From the IMG/VR virus record IMGVR_UViG_3300021356_000011, positions 10,606-74,605 of that record: a stretch of 64,000 nucleotides of DNA. One strand, 5' to 3'. The position numbers were made by a program, and so were the translations under genes. This DNA is from a virus. The notes beneath the pieces were generated by a model, which did not search any database, was not told the origin of the DNA, and saw only the letters and a list, made by a program, of their open reading frames with translations. Position 1 is the stretch's first letter. Every line of letters begins with the position of its first letter. Shown in pieces: positions 38,201 to 46,771 of this stretch.

Positions 38201-39298
38201 ATTGAAGCTGCAAAATCTTTCGCTCGTGGGGAGAAGCCAGTTGAGCTTCCAAGGCTAATTAAAGGAATCTCCAAGGAAACAGGTTTGGTTGAGGGCGAAT
38301 TGACTGATGCGGAGAAGCTTGAGCAGCTTAAGCAGGATCAGGAAGAAAGAATAATTCAACGTCGAGCGAAGGCTAGAGCGGCATTTGAAGAGCAGGAAAC
38401 CAAAGAACGCAATCAAACATTAAAAGAGCTTAAGGAAATGGCTTTAGATCAGAAAGCTAAAGCTGAGATGTTTGAAAGCAAAACTCCAGTGACAGCCGAT
38501 GGGGGAAGGGTTAGCGAAAGCACTATTGATGAGTACCATGCCTCAGCATTGCCTCACTTGGACTCCAGCACTGTAGTTAAGATTGGAGTGGCAGGAGAGG
38601 ATAGGGGTGCAATAAGGTTTAGCTCAGATGGTGCTGGAAGCTTTGTAATGGAACATGAGAAGCCTAATGGCGACAAGATCTACTACGATGCTAAGCAAGC
38701 TAAGAAGGCTTTAGGAAAGTCGTTCAATAAGATAGCAGGTCAAGCAATCCTACGAGACAACAAAGCTTGGGCTGGCAAGGCACTAATGGCGGGTCTTGTG
38801 ACTCCAGATGCTGCGTCTAAATTAACTAAACCAGCAAGCCAAACCTACATGACAACTCAGATGAAAGCCAAGATTAATGAGGCAGCGATAACTGCCATGG
38901 CAAATCTTGGAACGTCAAATGGCGGCATCAATCTTGGTGACTATAGCAATACAAGGGATGCTGCTGATGCTGCCTTTGACAAGATGCGTGGTCACATGAA
39001 TGACATCCAAAAGCCTGGAGGGTGGCTGGATACTCTGAAAGGTGCTGGGTTTGCTTACAACGACAAGGCTTCCGTTGCAGACAACTATGTCAACGGAATG
39101 CAGTATGTCATGGAGAAGGCAGGCCAGACAGGTTTTAGAGCCAGCAAGCAGAAGAATGCCGTCGAGAACATGCAGGGTGCAATACAGCATTTGTCTGAGC
39201 AATCTGAAGATGAAAAAGGGTGGAGCCCATGGGCAGTTGCTGGTGGAATCGGCATCTTAGCGGTACTTCTCTTGTTCTACTCGGTAATGAAGGACTAG
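32207..39298 (+). CDS. Portal protein (DUF935/Mu gp29-like) fused to about 1850 aa of polyvalent cargo domains and a C-terminal TM helix
   Basis: N-terminal ~480 aa portal (A.WYG...W, G.GL...LYW.W..K, ILGQTL); ART-like SKVRD..G.LL.LYHGT...NPF...GFDG...QIKSV; GGT.VG.ARA...IAWLLWGG domain; AGYILPDG domain; TM WAVAGGIGILAVLLLFY. Confidence 0.85.
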   Translation: MSIIVNGKEYPDERSVPEQYRMQTQMGTRQRDPGNFSPDLAPNVGRSVLPHVTTFSGMMSTLARTYRQHDEAIRHNKHNANMMRRDPMIMGPLFARQMAVALLQWQVQPEDSSDEKQVQVAKELTFMVSRIPRFREYLRNLMEAVWYGRYGIQNVWGFTRDSRGVRYRTVVDWVPVNGDKLLFRYDDGTGRYDHDEIGVKVSVAHVKDDIWAGKPDIEWNSEGTGVFLRRWERSRLVVHKNFMMDGDYEDPTTAGMIHGVGLRHFLYWSWYQKQETLAQLAEVVERAGMGFTVYTYPAGNAQAREEVERLAEEQAHKNQIVLPMEVSNPDAYSIQQIPPNTQGIMALQSLIDDYFGSWIIKFILGQTLSYRAEAGTPGISDLHRDSFLQIVKYDSLGVEETVTKDLIRMLLMFNFPSYQNVNFQFKLNTEEAVPLEKLQALQAAWSMGAKIKSEDVMGLIGLNVAGATDQALYNPQVLASLKEYEMMEEQQEKEEEGGQGTQITESQDEALAAMLGPVMQSKRYSKYSNEDNFDVFDDADFEGSADVPMPSTVMPTGEQTEDRKELRDEFDPKLDQVKSDATLHPEKEEFFSESKVRDNDGKLLVLYHGTPNGKLVQHDRRLSGDPDLASHGQGYYHTDNLDAAKDYALNSDGTGEANPAVHAVHLNIKNPFDVSKDEIDSKDFISWYKGTTGDAESAKKMMQKIDEMSSNAGKIPSDYESLKALGGGTQKYLSRYLRSKGFDGLKAQGSHGRPGQRSIDHTIYMAFHPSQIKSVSNVTPSGDPRMDYVKDEYAKKSESGNYKPTKGMIGNAKRGLELRKKHEKGGTAVGVARARDIINGKDLSFSTVKRMHSFFSRHAGNEEGGEDDAGYIAWLLWGGDSGRNWARSIVESERKNQAGDVDNEGDPSVIDTPEEDLTEPAPQRRGEDSLFGAIASGAMEGATRGAARRLTGQQGFQFAKDEDDDGLRQGGLFDDVPVKDDYIPKKKEPKAPSNERQGRLFSEDDLHNLQHDLEQRKMFEKKNDPDRYMMDEDDRKELEEYLSKQEEGDAKFSDSEIEMREDLERDLKRYASVMLEKYGDDDEDYAAATFFLKNLDRFKDSEELLSYIEEFGTGFDYDEIKDKWDRGIYQISDLGDSPSELIEKALVHFGETENPKQAGYILPDGTMLNFGSDGVRHEDHRSIGVAYKEHPHPGDKGNDPTAYMSHFMDQTGAIRWMPSAPGLSLHSAPTKAQMDTINRSLELMGSEGEEFYWDRDEHDPKGEKGYPYKTTMTGDSLYSLHDAINSDFDEELMQENEDYSKEPERNAMGAGPRDHSPEDFDVTGKQINGQATANRGTMPKQATQSSMPSKADKGSVSTNPVSKTGMSSDATRMDRGASLANMRDKFMKYRKTKLIEMLQPFVQEDPDFSLTDAQGKKRRTSLFKADKYSLANTLASKYAEGEDPYARTKPLDRHIDGVIESYVGEGMGAEDKKDLSDSLYNTWRDVHSEHQADVSDFNKNLNSLAQQFGYERAEGAFTRKARSAEDVDAIKRLDESQQDLVRNTISSAGKLGLKVSGGDDIEKVHSALMHGHQKPLGKTHDDIWKEVIQRERLDEFSKEQNEEEEVPPITGEEAESLLEGQRAATEQQLEEFIEGQGAEKPTPSANEPDEPYGLEPTADPEVPTIRVEGELPVTVEESPLTKITESALGAENIRSFMRGIGKDLGGISVEHKRQWLEANDIEPKNIQSEKTLNSMIRKFIREKAESKPEEEPTQQELSLQPTPEPVKPIQPTQAQLDMVQDLIKSEETPDKLQGFINELKGAAESGDAKSLNDILEERDEFAFDKTLVTDPERLESLNVWIDSIEQTAKTGDMDAVKSLASGEEPVSMRALDEEKEKQIAQGQQEREKRAAQEKQEATFQQNRQRYWDQVGEEEGMKRILDFIVSDQAPDKLEGFVNKLKEAADSGTTSDLISVLDEWEQTEEDIVDPGVKQEDIPLERKNDLNDWIGSIEGLVRSGDIEAAKSFARGEKPVELPRLIKGISKETGLVEGELTDAEKLEQLKQDQEERIIQRRAKARAAFEEQETKERNQTLKELKEMALDQKAKAEMFESKTPVTADGGRVSESTIDEYHASALPHLDSSTVVKIGVAGEDRGAIRFSSDGAGSFVMEHEKPNGDKIYYDAKQAKKALGKSFNKIAGQAILRDNKAWAGKALMAGLVTPDAASKLTKPASQTYMTTQMKAKINEAAITAMANLGTSNGGINLGDYSNTRDAADAAFDKMRGHMNDIQKPGGWLDTLKGAGFAYNDKASVADNYVNGMQYVMEKAGQTGFRASKQKNAVENMQGAIQHLSEQSEDEKGWSPWAVAGGIGILAVLLLFYSVMKD

Positions 39299-39301
39299 GT
39301 A

Positions 39302-39658
39302 ATGGATGACCTATGGCAACCTACATCTGGCTTGTTGATAGCTGTGGTCACTGCGGCTACAGCCTGGATTAATCACAAGTTGAAAGATCTGGATCGTCAG
39401 GTCAACAACAAGGGTAAGCATGGACGCAAAGAGTCGCTTTATGAGCTAGTCCATAAGAATGATATAATTGCCGAGCAACAGCTTGGCATGCTTAATATGA
39501 TCGATGAAAAGCTAGGTCATACAGACGAACTATGTCGCAAGACATCAGAAGAACTTGAGGGACTGCTGGAGTCCAGAAAGAGTGACTGGGATGTCATTCA
39601 TCAGAAGTTTGACCATTTAGAAAACCGTATCGACGTTATAGAGAAGCGTCTCCCTTAA
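39302..39658 (+). CDS. Small membrane-anchored coiled-coil protein
   Basis: N-terminal TM segment, then coiled coil. Confidence 0.6.
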   Translation: MDDLWQPTSGLLIAVVTAATAWINHKLKDLDRQVNNKGKHGRKESLYELVHKNDIIAEQQLGMLNMIDEKLGHTDELCRKTSEELEGLLESRKSDWDVIHQKFDHLENRIDVIEKRLP

Positions 39659-39670
39659 GGAAGGTAAGTC

Positions 39671-40039
39671 ATGTCAACGATTGATCGAGCGTATTTCAAA
39701 AAGGTAGATGCTACCATCACCAGCGGTACTGATTACTCAGATGCGATTGATTTCCAAGGAGCGTCAGCAGGTTGTCTTGTCGCTGCCTCTGGATTTGGTA
39801 ACGCAAGTGTTACCATCGAGTGGAATGGCAATGCTAAGACAGATAAGCCTGACAACTCTGACACATGGTACGCATTGAAAGATCCAGACAATGCTGCTGT
39901 TGCTGCTGCCACAGTCAACGCTACCACGGCTGACTACATGGAATTACCTGCTACAGCATTCGGTAAGCCATGGTTGCGAATCAAGCTTGGTGGTAATGCT
40001 GCTGCGACGAAAACAATCAATGTTCACGCCGTTGGCTAA
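39671..40039 (+). CDS. Small beta-rich virion protein
   Basis: AAGGAAGG RBS; T.S.AID...W..L...P....WLRI pattern. Confidence 0.55.
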   Translation: MSTIDRAYFKKVDATITSGTDYSDAIDFQGASAGCLVAASGFGNASVTIEWNGNAKTDKPDNSDTWYALKDPDNAAVAAATVNATTADYMELPATAFGKPWLRIKLGGNAAATKTINVHAVG

Positions 40040-40048
40040 GGTTGAGAC

Positions 40049-40891
40049 ATGGCATATCCAAACGACCCACCTGCCCCAAGCGGGATGACACTTACTGGCA
40101 ATAGCCTGAACAATGGCTGTGTCCTATTCTACCCAATGACAGAAGGTTCGGGGTCTGTAATTGAGGACATTAGCGGCAACGGCTATGACGCGACTGGTTT
40201 GGCTAGCTTTGTGCCAACTTGGGCTACTGAGACGAAGGGTACAGTGGCTGAGTTTGTCGGTGGTCAAAGATATATGGTTCCACAGGCATGGTGGAACGAT
40301 AACATTTCCGGCGGCACAGATTTGTCTATGTCGTGCTGGGTCAAAATGGACCCAGTTCTTCAGTCGAGTTTTAACGGCACCGCTGTGGGGCTGATGCACT
40401 ACGATTCCGGCGGAAATAAATTTTTGATCGAGGCTAGTCGACCGTATTCGTATTGCCAATTAATTTTCGGTCAACCGGCGTTTCAGCAAATGGGTGTTCT
40501 GGGTCGGTTTTATGCAGATACGTGGTATCACGTTGTTTTTACTTCATCCAATGGCGGCGAGATGCGTGTTTATTTTGATGGTGCTATATCTACTCGCGCA
40601 TACTCACAGGGAGATTTTTTAGCGAAAACCGCAGGCACCTATACCAACATCACTGCTGACTCAGCCATTGGTGCTAGTGCCTACACTCTTGACGACCGAA
40701 GACACTTTGAAGGCTACCAGCAGAATATCAGGCTCTGGAATCGGGTGTTGACGCCAACAGAGGTGCAGACCCTTTATGATGATCCTTGGGCAGGAACCGA
40801 CTACTCGCCCAACGAAGTATCAGGCGGATCTGCTTTGTCAGCAGCACATCTAGCAAACGCTATTCGTTTACAACCCAACTACAAACGATAA
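40049..40891 (+). CDS. LamG/concanavalin-like jelly-roll protein
   Basis: YPMTEGSG...DISGNG, S.WVK, WYHVV.T, YFDG, IRLWNRVL. Confidence 0.85.
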   Translation: MAYPNDPPAPSGMTLTGNSLNNGCVLFYPMTEGSGSVIEDISGNGYDATGLASFVPTWATETKGTVAEFVGGQRYMVPQAWWNDNISGGTDLSMSCWVKMDPVLQSSFNGTAVGLMHYDSGGNKFLIEASRPYSYCQLIFGQPAFQQMGVLGRFYADTWYHVVFTSSNGGEMRVYFDGAISTRAYSQGDFLAKTAGTYTNITADSAIGASAYTLDDRRHFEGYQQNIRLWNRVLTPTEVQTLYDDPWAGTDYSPNEVSGGSALSAAHLANAIRLQPNYKR

Positions 40892-40902
40892 GGAAATAAA
40901 CC

Positions 40903-41208
40903 ATGGGTAATCTATCAAACTTTGAATCAACTGAAATTGGTCAAGCTCGTATGAATCGCTTGCGAGCAATGGGCAACAAGGTTGTCAGCCTCGTGAACAG
41001 CTTGTACGCATCTGCCGTGGAATACAACAACTACCGAGTGGAACTCGATCCGGTCGAAGATGCAGAAGACATCGCCTATTCCGATACAGCATTTGTCTAC
41101 ACCGCCGATCAAGCCAAGCCAATTCTGGACAACCTAGCTCCAGAAGAGAAGGCGTGGTTGGATGCGATGCTTGATGCTCTGGGTTATCAACCTAAGCCTG
41201 CTGAGTAG
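40903..41208 (+). CDS. Hypothetical protein
   Basis: AAGGA RBS; followed by a terminator. Confidence 0.6.
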   Translation: MGNLSNFESTEIGQARMNRLRAMGNKVVSLVNSLYASAVEYNNYRVELDPVEDAEDIAYSDTAFVYTADQAKPILDNLAPEEKAWLDAMLDALGYQPKPAE

Positions 41209-41216
41209 TGAAATCT

Positions 41217-41242
41217 GGGTGGGCTACCACCCGCCCTTTTTT
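41217..41242 (+). terminator. Intrinsic terminator
   Basis: GGGTGGG-6 nt-CCCGCCC followed by T6. Confidence 0.65.
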
Positions 41243-41255
41243 CTTGAGGTGATTC

Positions 41256-42605
41256 GTGACGACTCCGAGCGGCAACATTATCTTCAATAACGCAGGTGGT
41301 TTAGACACTGCTGCCAGTGGTCTTGGACCTGCAACGGCTGAGACTGGTGCTGGTGCGTCCACTGACGGGACGGCAGTTGTGACCGGCATTACAACCACTG
41401 GAGTATCGGCTGGTGATTTACTTTGGGTGCAGACTGCAAGCGGTCGTCAGTTCTCCATCATCGCCAGCGTCGATAGTGGTACGCAGGTAACTTGCGACGA
41501 TACATTTGTGCTTGGTTCTGGTCAGACTTGGGCTATCGGTGGACAGCGAAAGACCATTGGGAACACTAATAGTCAACTGATGTTCGCAGACGCTCACGAC
41601 GATTGGACGATTGAACTGGAAGACGATCAGAGCATTAGTGCTGCGATTACTTGGAGTGGTGGAGATGATTCAGAACGCGGATTCCGATTAATTGGGACGG
41701 CTGGCTCTATTAAGTCCATCACGCAAACTGCCAGCAGCACAGCACACTTTTCCCTGTCTGGTGCCTCGTGTAATTTTAACAACATCAAGTTTCTCAATTC
41801 AGCAGTAACCCAAGAGGTTGCAGTGCTTGGTGGGTCTGGGGCTAATGAGGCTAGGTTTCATGATTGCATTTGCGGCGAAGGGAGCGGAGGAAACAACCCA
41901 TCTGGATTTTGCAGGCGTGGAACTAGTGGTCTTTCCATGACTTTTTTCAACTGCATCGCAGACCATTGCACAGATGTGGGGTTTGGGTCAACTAACACTC
42001 GTGGGTATATTGTCGCAAGGAACTGCAAAGCTATAGGCTGCACAAGCCATGGTTTTGCAACTCGTGGAGACGGCGATGTAATGATGCACAACTGCATCTC
42101 TGATTCAAATGGCGGCGATGGTGTAAATGCAGGCGCAACCGAAACTGGTTCGGTATTCATTACAAACTGCGTCTTTAGAAACAATACAGGCGACGGCTTT
42201 GGTACTGAAAAAGACGATGTACATTTCAGTTCTGCATCTATTGTAAATTGTCAAATTACAGAAAATGGTGCCTATGGCATTAGTTGGCCTAATTGGATTG
42301 GCAATCCAGAAATGGCGTTTTTCGACGGCAACAACTTTGGCACTGGTGCAACAGCAAACACATCAGGCGACTACCAAGGCGTGACAGGTGGATCACGAGA
42401 CACTGCCGTCGATCCAGCTTACGCCGACACGGCTAACGGCGATTACACACCGGGAACAACGGAACAACTAACCGCTGGATATCCTGAGTTTACAATTGAC
42501 ACAACATCTGTCTCATCCAACCAGCCGATTGGTGTGGTTGGTGGCAGTGCAACAGGCGGCGGTGCAACACTCGCATCTGACGCTCGCATCGAGAGGCTGA
42601 AGTAA
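41256..42605 (+). CDS. Right-handed beta-helix (pectate-lyase-like) virion appendage protein
   Basis: Repeating NC....N...G units; DP.Y.D..NGDY. Confidence 0.8.
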   Translation: MTTPSGNIIFNNAGGLDTAASGLGPATAETGAGASTDGTAVVTGITTTGVSAGDLLWVQTASGRQFSIIASVDSGTQVTCDDTFVLGSGQTWAIGGQRKTIGNTNSQLMFADAHDDWTIELEDDQSISAAITWSGGDDSERGFRLIGTAGSIKSITQTASSTAHFSLSGASCNFNNIKFLNSAVTQEVAVLGGSGANEARFHDCICGEGSGGNNPSGFCRRGTSGLSMTFFNCIADHCTDVGFGSTNTRGYIVARNCKAIGCTSHGFATRGDGDVMMHNCISDSNGGDGVNAGATETGSVFITNCVFRNNTGDGFGTEKDDVHFSSASIVNCQITENGAYGISWPNWIGNPEMAFFDGNNFGTGATANTSGDYQGVTGGSRDTAVDPAYADTANGDYTPGTTEQLTAGYPEFTIDTTSVSSNQPIGVVGGSATGGGATLASDARIERLK

Positions 42606-43822
42606 TGGCTAATCGGTATTGGGTCAACGGCGGTTCAACAAACAACTGGTCAGATACGTCCAACTGGTCTACCACTAGCGGTGGTACTGGCGGTGCTTCT
42701 GTTCCCGGTGTTTCCGACGATGCAATATTTGACACAAACTCTGCGAGCTACAACTGCACGCTTGACCAGAATGTCAATGTCAACTCATGGACGTATCCTA
42801 CCTCTGCCTATGGCGGAACCATTGATTGCGTCACTTATGATGTGACAACCGCTGGAAATTTGTGGGGGCGATCCGGTGCTACTCTGTATATGGGAACAGG
42901 CACGTTTAACGTCGGTGGAAGTTTCAGTTGTCGTGACGGCAATTTATATGGGCAGACAGCTACATTAAGGTTTACAACCCTCAGCGGTGCCTTGAGCCTT
43001 TCAAATGCCCAGCAAGACACTGGGCCAAATTTAGAAGTTGCTAGTGGTGCGAGATGCATATATACGTTTACCGGGAAACAAGATGTCAAAAGTTTCGATT
43101 GTTATGGTGAATTTTATTTTGGCGGTGGTGGGGGCTTAGAGGTATTTGGCGATGTTACTATTCGTTCTACAGGATCGCTTACAAATACTACTAGTAGGTA
43201 CATCAGAATCCAGACGACAAGTAACCCCGTTTGTACCCTAGAAGCAGGTGCTTCCGTTGGGGACACTGCTTTTACTACATATAGATCAAACCCCTCTTCG
43301 ACTGCATCCCTCACTTTTGCTGGAGCAGGGTGGGCGACTGCAACAGGTGTAAGCCTTCAGTTAAATTACCTAACAACCGTAAATGGCAGATGGACTTATG
43401 TTTTTCCGGCGGCTATGCACGTTAAAGAAGTACGACTTGAGCCAAGGTATAGCAGTTCTCGAACGACCCTCGATTTTTCAACAAACAGCACGCAGCTTAC
43501 TGTCGAGACACACTTTCGAGATGTTTCAGCCCACGGCACAGATACCTACAACATAAACGTGGGCAGTTCAAAGCTGACCTTCAATCTCTCTTCTAATAGC
43601 ACGTTCTCGCCTAGAGGAAATACATTTCCACCAATCATAATCGCGGATGATGCTGTTGGGACTCTGACGCTAGATAGCAACTTAACCACTGAGTATGTGC
43701 ATGACTGTAACAGTATGATTGACCTGAATGGTTTCACGATTACTGAGACAGGCACAGACCCGGTTGGTTGTATCACCCCTGACGTTTTCTACCTCCTAGA
43801 CGAAGCTTTTAAGAGATTGTAA
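42605..43822 (+). CDS. Beta-helical adhesin-like virion protein
   Basis: RYWV.GG..NWSDTSNWS..SGG.GGASVP...DDAIFD N-terminal motif; Thr/Gly-rich. Confidence 0.75.
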   Translation: MANRYWVNGGSTNNWSDTSNWSTTSGGTGGASVPGVSDDAIFDTNSASYNCTLDQNVNVNSWTYPTSAYGGTIDCVTYDVTTAGNLWGRSGATLYMGTGTFNVGGSFSCRDGNLYGQTATLRFTTLSGALSLSNAQQDTGPNLEVASGARCIYTFTGKQDVKSFDCYGEFYFGGGGGLEVFGDVTIRSTGSLTNTTSRYIRIQTTSNPVCTLEAGASVGDTAFTTYRSNPSSTASLTFAGAGWATATGVSLQLNYLTTVNGRWTYVFPAAMHVKEVRLEPRYSSSRTTLDFSTNSTQLTVETHFRDVSAHGTDTYNINVGSSKLTFNLSSNSTFSPRGNTFPPIIIADDAVGTLTLDSNLTTEYVHDCNSMIDLNGFTITETGTDPVGCITPDVFYLLDEAFKRL

Positions 43823-46759
43823 ATGAGCTACCCTAACAACCCACCAGTCCCAGCGAGTATCACCGTCGATGCCACTGCGTCGATTAACAGTGGGTTGGTG
43901 GGGTTCTGGCCCTTGACGGATGGAACTAGTACGAATGCAACAGACCTGTCAACGGGTGGTAATGACGGGACGCTTGTGAGTACTGCTGCGTGGGTTAGTT
44001 CCACCAAGGGTTCGGCTGTAGAACTAGATGCCACTGGTGAATATGTAGACACAAATTTAAGTGGTTCCTATGACATCAGAAGCCAAGAACTATCAATCTC
44101 AGGGTGGGTTAAATGTGGTACGGAAACGCACACGCAGAGATTCGTTTCAGCTAGAGGTGGAACGACAGGTGCAGGCAGTGAGTATCCACTCGACCTCTGG
44201 ACTGTGGCTACGACAGGGAAATGCCGTGTCGCTGCCTACGATGGGACTAGCTCTATCAATGCGGATTCAACCACAACTATTGGGGATGACAATTGGCATC
44301 ATATCTGTGGTGTTGCTGATGCCACAAACCTTTATATCTACGTTGACGGCGTACTAGAAAACCAGGTGGCTATTTCGGGGCTATCTAGTTCGAGTGCTGG
44401 GGCCAATGATTTTTATATTGGTCAGACACAGGCTGCAACTGACTCAACGAGGCAGCTTCTTGGCGAGATCCAAAACGTCAGAATCTACAACCGAGCCCTA
44501 ACCGCCACCGAAGTCGCAGAACTCTATTCTGTACCGTGGACAGGCACCGACTACGTAGCCCAGAACCTAACGCCCGACACGCCAATCGCCATGGGTGTAG
44601 ATCCTAATCACAGCCTGTCGTCTGGCCTCGTAGGATACTGGCCTTTGTCTGAGGGCAGTGGGACGGTAGCGAAGGACTTAACGGGGACCGCAGACCTAAC
44701 ATCAACAAACCCTAACTGGGGCGAATCTAGTATTGGTACAGTTGGTGTTTTTCCTAACTCATCAACCGCATCGTTTATCGCATCGTCGTATGTCCCCGTT
44801 TCCGGGGCAGGCGAGTTGTCGGTGAGTGCTTGGTTTAAAACGACATCCGGTGGCGCTGGCAACATTGTGACATGGGGGACATCTGCCGCGGGGCAAGTGT
44901 TTGAGCTTAATGTTGAGGGTGGAGTGCTTTGGTCACGAAATCATAGTGGCAATACCGTATCTGGAGGGAGTGGTTTAAATGACGGAGAATGGCATGTCGT
45001 AACCTGGACGAAACCAGGAAACGGTACAACATCAGACATAAAAATGTTTGTTGACGGGAAACAGTTATCCGTAACGGCAGGTGGGAGTACCACACTCAGT
45101 TTTGGAACATCGTCACCGCTGGAAATAGGAGACAGAGGGTACAGTTCTAGTAAATCGTTTGATGGTGAAATTCAAAATGTTCGTGCCTATAACCGAGTCT
45201 TATCAGCTACCGAAGTAGAAGCCCTCTATAACGAGCCCTGGGCAGGCGTAGTGACAGCGAAGTCAGCACCACCGCAGTATCTCACAGTTGACACCGCAGA
45301 TAGTATCAACACAGGATTACAGGGCTTCTGGCCCTTGTCTGACAACGATACGACGGCTGTAGATTTGAGCGGGAATGGGAATGACGGGACTGAAAGTGGT
45401 GGCGTTACGTGGTCAGCTGATGATAAGGGACTGAGTGCTAGTTTTGATGGGGTAGATGATAGGTTTGTTCTGAGTAATGGACTTTCGCGTAATCAAACCG
45501 CGATGACTATTTCTGCTTGGGTTAAGCCAGATGTCGTTAGCACTAACACGATGGTTTATTATGAGTCGAATAACACAGGAACCCAATTCACTCGTATAAA
45601 CCTTGTGGTGAACAGCGGAAGTGTTCAAACTGGTGGTCGTGACGACGATGGCGATAGCTTTACGACGTTTGCGCAGTCTAACACAGGTATTGTTGCAACC
45701 AATATTTGGCAGCATCTAGTCGCGGTGGTTGATCCAACTGGTGGTGGGTGCAAGGTGTATTTAGACGGGGAGAATGTAACTAATACATCTAACAACACTG
45801 GAGACGGGTTCCCAGACACTGACCCTTTGTACTATGCGATTGGTTCACACTCATCAAATTCGTACACTTTCGATGGCAATATCCAAAACGTCAGAGTCTA
45901 TAACCGAGCCCTGTCAGCGGCAGAGGTATCCCGCCTCTACCAAGATCCTTGGGCAGGCACTGACCGAGCGATTGAACCATCACCCACGGCTAAAGACCTC
46001 GACACATCCAGCAGCCTGACAACCAACCTCGTTGGCTGGTGGCCTCTCACTGAGTATGGGCCACAGGATACGCTGGCTTATGATATCAGTGGCAATGACT
46101 ACCACGGCGTAGCTAATGGTGGTGTGCAACGGCAGTTTACTGATACGGTACGGGCTGCGAACCTTGATGGGGTGGATGATAGGTTTGACCTGTCAACGCT
46201 TGGGGATTACGAAGCACACTCAAACCCGTTGACAGTCAGTATGTGGTGTTACCTGCGGGACGACTCCCTGCAACAGTATTGGTTCAACAAGGCAGACTCA
46301 GACGCCATGTTCTTTGCATGGACAAACGTCAATGGAAGTTTGGAATTTAAGATTCGGGATCTGACCGTTGTGAACGCCACGGGCAAGATGTACAGCGGAT
46401 TAGCTACTAACATTCTCAACCGATGGGCTCATTTGGTTTTTGTATCTTCGGGGACCGATTACACGCTTGCCTCCAACCTTGATGTCTATTTGGACGGTGT
46501 GGTTCAGACTGCGACCTCGTCAACTAATGGCGACGGGTACACAAGCGGAGAGTCTTCCGTAGGAATGCTTACGCTAGGCGGTAGGTATTATGACAACAAC
46601 CGTAATATGGATGCAATGTTCCAAAACGTCAGAGTCTACAGTCGAGCCTTATCAGCCGCAGAAGTTCAAACACTGTATGATGATCCTTGGGTCGGATTGG
46701 CTACCGACAGTTTAGTTTACGCATATTACTCCGCTGCCTTCTTGCAGCGTTTAGGCTAA
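43823..46759 (+). CDS. Protein with four tandem LamG-like domains
   Basis: Four repeats of LVG.WPL...DLSG...W.H...Y.DG...QNVR.YNRAL.A.EV..LY..PW.G. Confidence 0.9.
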   Translation: MSYPNNPPVPASITVDATASINSGLVGFWPLTDGTSTNATDLSTGGNDGTLVSTAAWVSSTKGSAVELDATGEYVDTNLSGSYDIRSQELSISGWVKCGTETHTQRFVSARGGTTGAGSEYPLDLWTVATTGKCRVAAYDGTSSINADSTTTIGDDNWHHICGVADATNLYIYVDGVLENQVAISGLSSSSAGANDFYIGQTQAATDSTRQLLGEIQNVRIYNRALTATEVAELYSVPWTGTDYVAQNLTPDTPIAMGVDPNHSLSSGLVGYWPLSEGSGTVAKDLTGTADLTSTNPNWGESSIGTVGVFPNSSTASFIASSYVPVSGAGELSVSAWFKTTSGGAGNIVTWGTSAAGQVFELNVEGGVLWSRNHSGNTVSGGSGLNDGEWHVVTWTKPGNGTTSDIKMFVDGKQLSVTAGGSTTLSFGTSSPLEIGDRGYSSSKSFDGEIQNVRAYNRVLSATEVEALYNEPWAGVVTAKSAPPQYLTVDTADSINTGLQGFWPLSDNDTTAVDLSGNGNDGTESGGVTWSADDKGLSASFDGVDDRFVLSNGLSRNQTAMTISAWVKPDVVSTNTMVYYESNNTGTQFTRINLVVNSGSVQTGGRDDDGDSFTTFAQSNTGIVATNIWQHLVAVVDPTGGGCKVYLDGENVTNTSNNTGDGFPDTDPLYYAIGSHSSNSYTFDGNIQNVRVYNRALSAAEVSRLYQDPWAGTDRAIEPSPTAKDLDTSSSLTTNLVGWWPLTEYGPQDTLAYDISGNDYHGVANGGVQRQFTDTVRAANLDGVDDRFDLSTLGDYEAHSNPLTVSMWCYLRDDSLQQYWFNKADSDAMFFAWTNVNGSLEFKIRDLTVVNATGKMYSGLATNILNRWAHLVFVSSGTDYTLASNLDVYLDGVVQTATSSTNGDGYTSGESSVGMLTLGGRYYDNNRNMDAMFQNVRVYSRALSAAEVQTLYDDPWVGLATDSLVYAYYSAAFLQRLG

Positions 46760-46771
46760 GGAGAAATAACA

